Source: Octopus sinensis (lineage: Eukaryota). Taken from it: a stretch of DNA of 64,000 nucleotides. The stretch lies in NCBI RefSeq assembly GCF_006345805.1, contig NC_043004.1, positions 59,148,001 through 59,212,000 of the forward strand. The letters are read 5' to 3'. Shown here piece by piece: positions 40,531-53,105 of the stretch. The first letter of the stretch is position 1. Each line of letters begins with the position of its first letter. Position numbers and translations under genes: made by a program. The notes beneath the pieces are model-generated. The model saw only the letters and a program-made list of their open reading frames with translations, ran no database searches and was not told where the DNA came from.

Positions 40531-40539
40531 GTATGAATA

Positions 40540-43500
40540 CAACAGAAAAGTGGTATGGATACAAACCAGAAGCTATGATAGAAAATGGAAATTACAAGAT
40601 CTTGTGTGATTTCGTCATAAAGACTTACCATACTGTTTAGGCGAGAGATCTAGATATGATTATAGAAGACAAAATAAACAGTGTAATATCATAGATTTTG
40701 TTATTCCCTACAATAGCAGAGTTGATACCGAAGAAATTGAAGAAAATTGAGAATTATCAAGGCTGTAAGAATCCTAAGAAAGATTCTTAAGATTTGAGGA
40801 GAATCGTTTTCACCAAACCTCTAGATAAAATATCTGGGATTTTTGGATATTTTTTACTTTTGTTTATGTTTTGTGTGTTATTGTTGTTTTCGTTTTTGTT
40901 TTTAATGTACTCAACTAATGCGTTCTTTTGAGAAGCTAATATTGAAAGGAGAATCTTCCAAGGTGACTCGTTTTCTCTGTTACTATTTGTAATTGCACTA
41001 ATACCCATAACAATGACACTTAGGAAAGTTAAGATGGGTTACCGATGTGGGAAGAAAGGCCCATCATTGAACCATCTTCTGCTTAAATTGTTTGGGAAAT
41101 CAGAAAAAAAACAGATATATTCCTTAACCAAAGCAGTCCAGAAGTGTGATAGTGACATCGGTATATTTGGTTTTCCACTCTTTCATGCTTTGCATCAGAA
41201 AATTTGTGATTTTATCAGCAACAACAAACTTCTGCAAGCATTCAACGATCCAAGAATGAGACATCATATATGACTTCTTAAAGTCAATCCAAGCCATAGA
41301 CATGTTTGTATGATGTTTTTTTACAATGCCTCAAAACTGTTTTATCGATGATCAAGTGATCCTTGGTACCCTGAGAACTCTTTCTACACTCTTTTTGTTC
41401 CCTTGGTAGGAATTTTCCTGTGCCAAGAAAATATATGTCTTTGCCATATATATTCCAGTGAGTATCTTCCAGATTATGTTTAGGCATGCTATGGGACGGT
41501 AGTTTCCCACAATATTCCCCTTTCTTCTATCTTTCTATATAAGTGTTGTCCTCCCTGTCACCATCCACGCGGGGACTGCACCTTTCTGGAGACACTCATT
41601 CAACTGGGCTGCTAGCCTTTCATGTACAGCGTGGCATCTCTTCAGCCAAAAGCCATGAATCCTATCTGGTCTGGGGGCTTTCCAGTTAGGCACTTTACCC
41701 ATTTGTTCTTTCACGTCACCCGTACTTATGCCAATATGCTTTTGTTTCTTTTCTAATTCTGTCTCGATAGTTTTTACCCACATTACATCCCTTTTATAAA
41801 TAATCCGCTCATTGTTTCCCCATAATCCGCTCCAGAGCTCCTTGGTTTGATTTGCATCAGGAACAACATTTTCCCCATTGTCTCCTTCTAACGTTCGGAA
41901 GAATTGCTTCGGGTTTATTTTGAACAATCTCTTCTCCTCGAACTGCTTATTTCTGTTCACAAATCTTCTGATCTGGCTTTTTACCTTGATCCTTTGTTTT
42001 AACTGCTCTATTACTGCATCAAACACGTTCTTCTGTATTTTATATTTCTTCTCGAATTTTTCTCGGTCGGTCCTTTCCCCATTTATCCAGTTTCCTCTTA
42101 AACATTGCTCAATTTTCCCTAGATCTTTCCTTGCCCGCATTATGCCCCTTTCAATGCGTCCTTTCTACCATCTTACTTTTGCTCCACCATTTTTTGTTTT
42201 CTTAAGTTGTAATTTCTTCACAGCAAATTATGCCAGATGCCCGAAGAAGATTCCTTGTTTGCGTTATGTCCTCCGCCTCATGGGACCCACTCAGCTTCTT
42301 CATCCAATAACCTTAGACGGATCCCATCTGGTTCTGAGCCCTTCCAGTGTGGGAATTTTCTTAACTGCTTTTTTGAATCACTTTTGTAGTTATCTTTGTC
42401 TTCTTGGACCTCTATATTTTTTAACCTATCTTGGATTTCATGCAGCCCCTCCGCTTCATCATTATACTCTACAGGTTGGACCCAGCTCCCTCTCGAGAAT
42501 GCCTTGCTTTCCTCTGCATCTGGTATCATTGTTACGTGTATTTGCCCCCCATCTACTTCCTGAAAGAATTTCTTCTGATTTGCTTCAAACAATCTGTTTT
42601 GCCTGAACTGCTTTCCAGTTTTGCTTTGATTGCTCCTACTCTTTGTGTCAATTCTACCAATATCACATCATAACCTTTATCTCTTATTCTATATGTTCTT
42701 TCCAGCGTTATTCGTGTTCTTTCGTTCTGTAGTTCCCCCCTCTTCTCAATCTATCAACCTGTCCTTAATGTCTTTTTATCTTTCTTTCAGAAATACTAAA
42801 TTTCTAAATCTCTCGTAGAGACATGTACGGTGGTGGGGCGATAGAATGGTTGTATACTGTAAATCTAACACGAACGTAACAGTAGGGGGGTACACCACCG
42901 CTGTATAGCCCTAGGAAGCATCGACGCCTCCTGATGGCTTTGACACATTTTTCCTGTGTCCTTATATACATTTACGAAGGGGAGACAAGGGTTAAATGTA
43001 TATAAGGACACAGGAAAATGTGTTAAAGCCATCAGGAGGCGTCGATGCTTCCTAGGACTAAAACAGCGGTGGTGTACCCCCCTACTGTCACGTTCGTGTT
43101 AGATTGACAGTATACAACCATTCTATCTTTCTTTGTTTCTCACAAATTCCTTTACGTTAGAATGATTCTTTACTTTCTGTTTGTTCTTTTCTTTTATACT
43201 CACCTGTATCTGCAGCAACCACAGCTGCAGCCCTAATAATCTTGTTAATTTTATTTATATTTCTGGTCTGGAACTTTCAACTTTGAGCCTACGTCGATCA
43301 ATGTACCTCAGGTTGGATGGTGCTTGATCCTGATATTCTCTAATATCGACACGGCGTCCTATGTCTTGATGGTTATCATTGTATCCTTGTGATATAGGTC
43401 TTCCTATTACTTCAGCTTCATTTGCTGAGAATGCATTTACATTTACCCTTTCCTCTACGTCTTCACTGCCGCCTTTCATTTTCTGTTCTCACTGAGTACG

Positions 43501-44395
43501 TTATCTGTTGGTGAAGTATTATTTCTATCTTCTATTTTCCTTTTTATCGCTTCTATTTTCATGTCTGTTAACCACCCTTTTGCTCTTATTGCTCTTACCT
43601 GGTCGGCTAACCGTTGCTTGCTTGTTTTGAAGAGTCCTATCTCATTCCATTTTGCTTTCATTCGTTGTCGGAACCCCCTTCTGTTGGGTTCGTCCCTGAT
43701 CCAGCGTTCAATTACCGTTCGGCTTGCCACTTTATCCTAACTTCTTCACTGCCTCTGGCTTTGTGGATGACGATCAGGCCTGTGTTGACGATCAGGGCAC
43801 CTGCGGGGCGAAAGGCTTTCACCTTTGGTTCTAGCCTCATTAACACCATTATTTGATACATTTGTATTAGACATTTTCCCTTAACATTGAGGTATGTGTT
43901 TTAAGGTTAGCCATAAACCGGTGTTTTTATCGAGACACCATCACTAGTAAATTTGTCAACCAAATTTACAGAGCTCTTACTACCCATAAATTGGGTTTGT
44001 TCCTTTGTATTTCTGTGTGTTGTGGGCCATGATTGTGATTCTCACTATGAGACAGGTGAGCATCAGTTGCTCCCGTATCTTCATCCAAATATTTCTCCGA
44101 GGTTAAGTCCCGATTCGCAGTTCATTCGCCTTCATCCCAAGCCTTTGGACACTGACAGATTGTCACCACTGTGACTAAGGCGTCCTGTCTAACCCGTTTT
44201 AAAATCAGTGTTCCTTCTAGATAGAATGCCAGCCAAACCTCACAAGTTTTGTCTACCCGTTTTCGCAATGGCGATTGACTCTTCTGGGTTTCTCTACCGG
44301 GTTTTCTTTTTAATCCCGCAGGGTGTCAATATATCCATCCTCCTCACCAAGCGAACTTAGTGGGGTTGCCGGTTTAGTCGCCGACGTCTCGACGA
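40540..44395. mobile_element. decayed, rearranged R4/Dong-type LINE(s)
   Basis: On -: N-terminal [21 protein letters not shown] (43476-43730), [42 protein letters not shown]. On +: IFQGDSFS..NHLL (40935-41165) and KWYGYKPE..ILCDF..IIDF (40540-40790). Confidence 0.8.
42788..43127. mobile_element. hairpin-shaped insertion (~135-bp arms, 18-nt loop) inside the R4 relic
   Basis: 42840-42974 is the near reverse complement of 42993-43127; direct repeat tatctttcttt at 42777-42787 and 43124-43134. Confidence 0.8.
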
Positions 44396-45964
44396 TAATT
44401 ATTTACTAATTCACTAAAATAATTTCACAATTAGTACTATATTCTTATTACTTGTTCACTACTATAGTTTCGCAATTATTACTATACTTATATTGTTACT
44501 CTAAGGCCTAGCAGTCCTAATGTTGTCTCCCCTGATTTCTTTAGACAACAAATGATGACAGATTTACGGCTGTTGGTTTACCTACCACTGATGCTGCACC
44601 GTTAAATAGAAGAGCGGGCACGTTGTGTCTCCTAATACAGGCTGTTTGACTGGATTGCTAATTGACATGGCTGGCGGTAGATTGGGGGCGGTTGGGAGGG
44701 GATTTTTGAGAGGAGCGTCGACAATGGCCATCCTATCGTGTAAATGCATACAGCAGCACTGAAAACCTAATGGAAGAGGAAAGGGAGAGAGAGAGAGAGA
44801 CGGAGAGAGAGAGAGAGAGAGGGAGAGAGAGAGAGAGAAAGGAGGAAATCTAGATTTTTGGGGAGGACCTAGCATAACTAAGATATAGAAATTTATGAAA
44901 GTTTTGAGGAGATCGTAACTAGAAATTTATGAACAACATAAAAAGTTAAGGCTTTTTTTTTTGCCAACCGCCAAAAGCAGAGCTGGGGGATGAACACAAA
45001 TTCCCACAAACTCACAGACAATGACACACATATACACACACATGCAAACTCACACCCCACACAATATTCATACACACATACGCAAACATGTATGATGTAT
45101 ACACGTAAGATATACATATGTATATGATGGCCTTCATTCAGTTTCCGTGCACCAAATCCACTCATGAGGGTTTGATCAACCCGAAGCTATGATAGAATAT
45201 ACCAGTCCAAAGTGTCACGCAGTGGAACTTCATGCGGAACCGCGTGGTTAAAAAGCAAGCTTCTTACCACATAGCCACATTCTTGTTGTTGTTGTTGTTG
45301 TTGTTGTTATTATTATTATTATTATTGCCATTAATTACATCGAAATCAATCATGTAAGGATGTGTTGTTTCAACACCCTGATTCTAATTTTAATGAACCA
45401 ACATTTCTTTGTTTAGTAGTTTTACTGACAACCTCAATTGAGTATGAGGTGTTGGCTTGCACCCCTCTTTTGCTAATTGTTTTACGTGTGTAAGCAATCA
45501 CGAGTTGACACGGGTACCTTCAGTTTTGCCATCTTTCATCAACGGAAGTTTCGAGTGTCTAATGCATAATGCATAGCTGAAAAGTATTAGGTATCAGGAA
45601 AGTAATGTATCATTTCCGTGAGAATGGGTGCTGCAGTTGCAAACTTATAGGGAGCTACACACATGTTCACACACACACACACACACACCCGCACGCACAC
45701 ACACACATACACACACACACACGCACGCGCACGCACGCACACACACACACCCGTACGCACACACAAACAGAAGCACATGCGATCGTACATACATGTGTAC
45801 AAAAATGCCCCGTTTTTGATGCTGAAATTCCAATGGAGAGGCCTTGGATCTTGGTTAGAAACCGACTCTTTCTCTATTGACAAGAAATCTTGAAATAAAA
45901 CTAAAAAAGTCACATACACACACTCAGTCACATACATACATACATACATAGTTACATATATATG

Positions 45965-46195
45965 TTTCTTTATTGCCCACAAGGAGCTAAACATAGAGGG
46001 GACAAACAAGGACAGACAAAGGGATTAAGTCGATTACATCGACCTCAGTGCGTAACTGGTACTTAATTTATCGACCTCAAAAGTATTAAAGGCAAAGTCG
46101 ACCTCGGCGGAATTTGAACTCAGAACGTAACAGCAGATGAAATACGGCTACGCATTTCGCCCGGCGTGCTAACGTTTCTGCCAGCTCGCTGCCTT
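45965..46195 (-). mobile_element. SINE family A copy
   Basis: Near-identical to 33172-33392; flanked by gttacatatata. Confidence 0.92.
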
Positions 46196-46514
46196 TGTTA
46201 CATATATAGTTACATACATCGTTACCTGTGTACATGCATGCATACATCCATGTATTGTGTAAACAAGTGAGGACAGGAGCAAAAAACAAACAAACTTCAA
46301 TACAAAATATAAGCATGAATTTTCACATTTTATTAATCAACGCGGCCTACAGTTTAATCAGTTCATACAATTAAGCTTACTTCGTTAAATTAGGATGGTA
46401 GTTTTGCCATAGTTCAGCTTCAGAATGCCTTGTGTTTTGCTTGAGCGGTAGTTTGTGTGTGTATGTATGTGCGAATCTATGTGTAAGTTTTTTAGGGGGT
46501 GGGGTTGTATTTAG

Positions 46515-46571
<57 letters not shown>

Positions 46572-46710
46572 TCACAGATACGTATATATGTAACACTCCA
46601 CACACATATAAACATATACAAGCATCTATATGTATATCCATATATAGAATGACACACGTACATGATCATACACAGAATCAAACAAAGACAAACATATGTT
46701 GACGTGTATG

Positions 46711-46769
<59 letters not shown>

Positions 46770-47455
46770 CACACACACACATGCATATATAAGTAAACAT
46801 ATGTAAATTTGTGTGCGTGTGGAGTGCAATATATGGAAATGTATCGCGCAGTGGGTTATCAACTATTAAAATGGTGAAATGAACTGCGATAAATTTAATT
46901 TCGTTGAGATGAGAAAAGTATTACACAATTTTCTGAACTGCAAAATAAATGCAACACAATAGTCCCTTCAGGAAAAAGCAATGAACCTGATAATACTATT
47001 ATAGCATTATCTTATTATTTTTAACTAACAATTCTCTGAAGGAAATGACTCGGAGGAATAAAATTCTACCGAAAAATAAAACAGACCGTTTTATATATTT
47101 CTACAAAGCGTTTGCTTCCATACTTTGTGAAATAGAATATTTCACAAAGTATAGAATATTTATAACTATCTCATTTATCTCTGTTTTATTTCAAATAAAA
47201 TAAATTAGTGGTTGTGATAAATAGTTCCAAATTAGAGAGAACAGATAATTTCGTCCATAGATAGAAGAAACAGAAGAATGGGTGCCATATAAACAAATAG
47301 ATTACATGTAGAAAAATTTATAAAAGTAGCCGTTTTATTATTATCAATTTTTTTTTCGTTTGAAATAAGGACATTTAATGTGTTCTGTATATACCTTAAT
47401 GTATCTTTCAATTTTCAGATTTACTTTATTTCAATGTGTGTTATTTATTACATTA

Positions 47456-47559
<104 letters not shown>

Positions 47560-48147
47560 TTTTTAAATTCTAAAACAATCCGTTGATAAAATATATATTT
47601 TTTAATCTCGCTCACGCTATATAAAGAATTCTGTCTAAACAAAACTTGCAAAAATAATAATCACAAAATCATGATAATTGTTTTGTGTGTAAATGCAAAG
47701 TTCTTGACAGAACTGGTTATAATAAAAATATACAAAATGCTGATAGTTCTTGCGTAAAAAAGTTCTGTCTAGCGATAAAATCATGTCTTATAAATTAAGA
47801 ATACTAAAGAGTTAGACAAAAATGTTGGGTTTAATGTTTTATTTTAAATCCTATGTGAAGCAAATTGCACTTGCCAGTCCACGAGATTTATTATTAGAAA
47901 ATTATTTCAACAGGAAAGTATTAATTATTCATGGGGCCTTTAGCAATGAGCTAAGCGAAAGCGACAAAGAGGTAAGAAAAGATTCTACGAAAAGAAAGAA
48001 CGAAACATCTACTCCCAATATATGTAAAAAGAGGAAAAGCTTACACAACAAAAGAGATATGTCGGTTGAGATTGTTAATTAGGTGAATGGAATGGCTGAG
48101 ATTAAAAGAAATAGTAAGCAAAATGGTTACAGGAAACTTGAGTTTGT

Positions 48148-48183
<36 letters not shown>

Positions 48184-48825
48184 GACATTTTAAAAACATT
48201 ATAGCCAGGAGATTTGGACTGCATCCATGTCCCCTTATTGGGTCCACGAATTTGGTGGGATGGAGGGGTAAAAGTTATTCCGAAATCAAAAACCGAGCCA
48301 AAATCTTGCAACAGAATCGACTTTGGTTAAAGACATCTAAGGTTCAAGATGACCGTATGAGACCGGAAAAATGGTCTTGTATTTTACAATTGCTCACAGA
48401 CCCTTATAAGTGTCGCCCGCTGACACTCGTTGATGCTACATAGGCGACAGCATGATTTGAACCCCGAACTCAAAGAGTCGGAATAAATATTGCAAGGCAT
48501 CCTGTCCAACGCCCTCATATTTGCGCCACTCCACCAACCTAAACCTGAAACCTTTTTCTGAGACTCACCAAAGAGTTGTCTAAAAGGACTGAACATACCT
48601 ACCTCAGAATTATTCCCCTAAGACTCTCTAGCAGGCGAGATCATCTTAACATTTTATCCATTCGAATCGATAAAATAGCACCAATAGAAAATTCGCTTAT
48701 CACTAACACTTGGGCACTTTGACGAGAGTTTAGTATGTTGCAAGCATACGTCTCCTATAAATTGTTGTATATCTATGTAAACACGCTAATACTTCTGAAG
48801 CCACAAAACTTAAAGAAACACAAAC

Positions 48826-48976
48826 GTGGCTGTGTGGTAAGTAGCTTGCTTACCAACAACATGGTTCCGGGTTCAGTCCCACTGCGTGGCATCTTGGGCA
48901 AGTGTCTTCTGCTATAGCCCCGACCAATGCCCTGTGAGTGGATTTGGTAGACGGAAACTGAAAGAAGCCTGTCGTA

Positions 48977-49025
<49 letters not shown>

Positions 49026-49240
49026 TTGTGTGTCTGTGTTTGTTCCCCTAGCATTGCTTGACAACCGATGCTGGTGTGTTTACGTCCCCGTCACTTAGCG
49101 GTTCGGTAAAAGAGACCGATAGAATAAGTACTGGGCTTACAAAGAATAAGTACCGGGGTCGATTTGTTCGACTAAAGGCGGTGCTCCAGCATGGCCGCAG
49201 TCAGATGACTGAAACAAGTAAAAGAGTAAACAGAGTAAAC
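48826..49240 (+). mobile_element. SINE family B, near full length
   Basis: gtggctgtgtggtaagtagcttgc..ggttcagtccc..cttgggcaagtgtcttct..(TA/TG)n..gactgaaacaagtaaaagagtaaa. Confidence 0.93.
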
Positions 49241-49314
49241 GCTTACAGACGCACGCACACACACGCACACACACACTCACACACACACACACACACACAC
49301 AAACATCCTAGTTC

Positions 49315-49615
49315 ATCCCTTCGCTGTGTGGTCTTTGCGGGTAGTTGTTAATGATGTCACAACCAAACCTCGACTCCTCTCTCGGTCTCCTGCTGCTCCG
49401 TGTGACTTGACTGTCCCTTCTTTGATGTCACAAGCTCATCGTTTCCTTACCCTGCCTTTCTTTCGTTTACATTCCGCTGTGCCCTGCAGTATAGTCTTTG
49501 CTCGTTCGGGGCTTCTCGTGACGCGGCCATAGCATTCCAGTTTCCTTGATTTTACAATTGCTCACAGACCCTTATAAGTGTCGCCCGCTGACACTCGTTG
49601 ATGCTACATCGAAGA
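49315..49615 (-). pseudogene. RTE-like LINE 3' relic
   Basis: VKSRKLECYGRVTRSPERAKTILQGTAECKRKKGR resembles RKL.W.GHV.R....KTILQG...G.R..GR. Confidence 0.7.
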
Positions 49616-50476
49616 GGCCAGGAAACAGAAGAAAGAAGACATGCACCCAACACCAGAAATGAAGATCCCTTCGAAAGTGGGGCTCCGCCATGTCAAAACG
49701 GTAGAGGAGCAGGAGCCGAAACCGGACGTGGTTCCTCCTGATGATGTCTTGAGCTAACTAGATCCTATAAAGGGGCTGTTGTGGTAGCATACCACGAAAC
49801 ACGGTTGAAATTCCTTCCAATAGCCTGGGTTATTCTCACCCTCACTTTGTTAGACGTCACACGTACGCTGTATACGATATCTAGATACCTAGGAGTTGTC
49901 TATAACATCAAATCTCCATTAGGCTTACCTTGGAAGCTTGGACATAAATCGAAACACACACATACACACACATGTACACAGACGCAAATACACACACACA
50001 CACGCGGGCATACATACAAGTCTGCAGGTGACGAGCGACTGTAAATTGAAGCATAAAACATGCAGAAGCTTTACGCATGCAGAGGCATAGCGAATCAAGT
50101 GTATATCCGTAGAAATCTGCGTTTTATCGAAATGTTTCCTTTAAACTGCTGAATGCAAAAATATTTATCCATATGCAAAGATATTTCAATATAGCTACTA
50201 TTAGCTACACCCCAACCCCCCAGTAGAAATACATACGTACACACATATACGCACACATACATACTTACATACATACATACACACATACATACATACACAC
50301 ATACATAGTTACACGTGTATATATATATGTATATATATATATATATATATATTGTATAGAGGGCATTATTACACATAAATGCCTCACACTAGGAGGGACA
50401 AAGTCATTACTACCAAAATTATACTAATCATACCCAAATGCAGTTTTTCAAAGCAAGACATTTAAAAAATGAATTT

Positions 50477-50534
50477 AGTTCTGTATCACCGTGATTTCAC
50501 ATTCAACTTACGTCTAATGATCATCAGCAGAACT
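50477..50534 (-). ncRNA. intact type I hammerhead ribozyme (mirror copy)
   Basis: Exact reverse complement of 50622-50679. Confidence 0.85.
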
Positions 50535-50621
50535 GATTCCATGTGCTTGGCCGGAGTGAGCAGTTGTCTGTTCGTCTTCGCTACGTAAGGTTGGTAGTTT
50601 ATTTATGATGTGTTCAGAATC

Positions 50622-50679
50622 AGTTCTGCTGATGATCATTAGACGTAAGTTGAATGTGAAATCACGGTGATACAGAACT
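50622..50679 (+). ncRNA. intact type I hammerhead ribozyme
   Basis: AGTTCTG-CTGATGA-t-CATTAGAC-GTAA-GTTGAATG-t-GAA-ATCAC-G-GTGAT-A|CAGAACT. 7-bp stem I, GNRA-capped stem II, near-palindromic stem III; AUA cleavage after 50672. Confidence 0.85.
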
Positions 50680-50948
50680 AAATTCATTTTTTAAATGTCT
50701 TGCTTTGAAAAACTGCATTTGGGTATGATTAGTATAATTTTGGTAGTAATGACTTTGTCCCTCCTAGTGTGAGGCATTTATGTGTAATAATGCCCTCTAT
50801 ACAATATAGATATAATTAATTTGTTCAAAAGAAAAAATTATTTTCGAATTCTTTTCTTTTATGAGGTTTTCACGCTAGCTACCCGATAATTTCTTGTTAA
50901 GATCCCTTATTAAGAGATTATCCTTAATTGTTAAACTTATATATATAT

Positions 50949-51056
<108 letters not shown>

Positions 51057-51501
51057 ATATATATGGATATAGAATGAAGGTTAGGCCTAAGAACTTGTGG
51101 TGGAGATCAACACAAAAGGAACTAGAGAAAGGGGGACATTCATGGCAGAGTATAAGTACAGAAGTGAAGAATTATGCGACATGGAGTTCAATTATAAGTG
51201 ACCTATCCTCCTCGTTGGAGGGATAAAGGCAGAAAAAAATGTACACACATACAAAAAATAAAGCTTGCCATTTTTAGTTCTAGAGTTCATTGAGTATGAA
51301 GGAATATTTTAATGCAAAAAGCAATGCAAGCTACGCTGTATCTATATATCTACTTATATATCTACTTATAACTCTTGGGCCTTGTCTAATGAGCTCAAAG
51401 TAACAACTTCAAGGATGTATATTTCGTTACCACAACCAACGCGAGTAATTCTTTGGCTATACGTGCATGACTTGACTACCGCCAGAAAAGTTAGCGTATT
51501 A

Positions 51502-51732
51502 CTCTTTTACTCTTTTACTTGTTTCAGTCATTTGACTGCAGCCATGCTGGAGCACCGCCTTTAGTCGAGCAAATCGACCCCGGGACTTATTCTTTGTAAG
51601 TCTAGTATATACTCCATCGGTCTCTTTTGCTGAACCATTGAGTTACGGGGACGTAAATACACCAGCATCGGTTGTCAAGCGATGTTCGGAGGGTGGGGGT
51701 GGACAAACACAGATACACAAACACAAAGACAT

Positions 51733-51785
<53 letters not shown>

Positions 51786-51918
51786 CGACGGGCTTCTTTC
51801 AGTTTCAGTCTACCAAATCCATTCACAAGGACTTGGTCGGTCCGAGGCTATAGTAGAAGACACTTGCCCAAGGTGCAAGGCAGTGGGATTGAACCCGGAA
51901 CCATGTGGTTTGTAAGCA
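51502..51918 (-). mobile_element. SINE family B
   Basis: Homologous to 23441-23830. Confidence 0.92.
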
Positions 51919-52097
51919 TATGGTTGGTTAGCTACTTTTGGAGAAGAATTTGCACAATTCAATACAAATCGAAAATAAGTAGCAGCAACATTTTTGAAGA
52001 GGTATTTGAAGGTTTAGATACAACGTTTCGTACTTTTTAAATGAAGCAACTCTTGTGCCCCGCCATTACCGTGCCATACATACATAAGAGGGTAATG

Positions 52098-52423
52098 AGC
52101 TCCTTCAGTCATGTATGGCAATGGCATTTCACCTAGAAAATTTCCTTCCGAGTCACAAGTCGGAACAAGGTTTTTTATGGAAAACTAGCAGTCCCCCATT
52201 CATACCGAGCTCTCTTCTCCACGCCATCGTTGTTATCCAAGGGAGAAGCAAAGGCCGACACAACCGGGCACCAGTGACATCGCAATTCATTTTTATAGAT
52301 GAGTGAAATGGTGCAACGTTAAATAAAAGGTCTTGCTCAAGAACATAATAATCCGGTCCGGGATTCGAACTCATTACCTCATGACTGTGAACCCGATTCT
52401 CTAACCACTGGACAATGCACCTT
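52098..52423 (-). mobile_element. old tRNA-derived SINE (family E)
   Basis: - strand head ggtgcattgtccagtggttagag...gagttcgaatccc, then a ttcttgagcaagac box. Confidence 0.7.
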
Positions 52424-52605
52424 CACAACATACACGTACATACATATATACATACATACGTACACATGTATATATATAAATAAGCAAATATATGTGTATA
52501 CATATATACACATTCAAACATATATTGATATATACATGCAAACATATACATACATATATACATATAATCATACAATACACACATATATATATATACATAT
52601 ACACG

Positions 52606-52654
<49 letters not shown>

Positions 52655-53049
52655 TATATATATACAACATACACGTTCATACGTATATACACACATACGT
52701 TCACATGTATATATAAATAAATAAGCAAATATGTGTATACATATATACACATTCAAATATATATTGATATATACATGCAAACATATACATACATATATAC
52801 ATATAATCATACAAATAATACACACATATATATATATACATATACACGCACACACACATATATATATATATACAACATACACGTACATATATATACACAC
52901 ATACGTTCACATGTATATATAAATAAATAAGCAAATATATGTGTATACATATATACACATTCAAACATATATTGATATATACATGCAAACATATACATAC
53001 ATATATACATATAATCATACAAATACACACATATATATACATATACACG

Positions 53050-53105
<56 letters not shown>
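52424..53105. repeat. tandem repeat: three ~210-240-bp microsatellite-derived units
   Basis: Anchors aaataagcaaatat, cacattcaaa, attgatatatacatgcaaac and ataatcatacaa each occur three times in order. Confidence 0.85.

Larger units (their letters stand above)
50348..50938. mobile_element. young PLE-type pseudo-LTR insertion with 192-bp inverted repeat, within (TA)n
   Basis: 50348-50539 is the reverse complement of 50617-50808 with no mismatch seen by eye; 77-nt spacer; unique extension to ~50938. Confidence 0.85.

Noticed and set aside
41878-42606. 242-aa + strand ORF (also 10995-11486 -)
   Set aside because: Antisense shadows of LINE coding relics.
44200-44395. HDV-like or twister ribozyme at the putative R4 5' end
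   Set aside because: GC-richer and possibly structured, but the required pairings could not be assigned by eye; needs an Infernal search.
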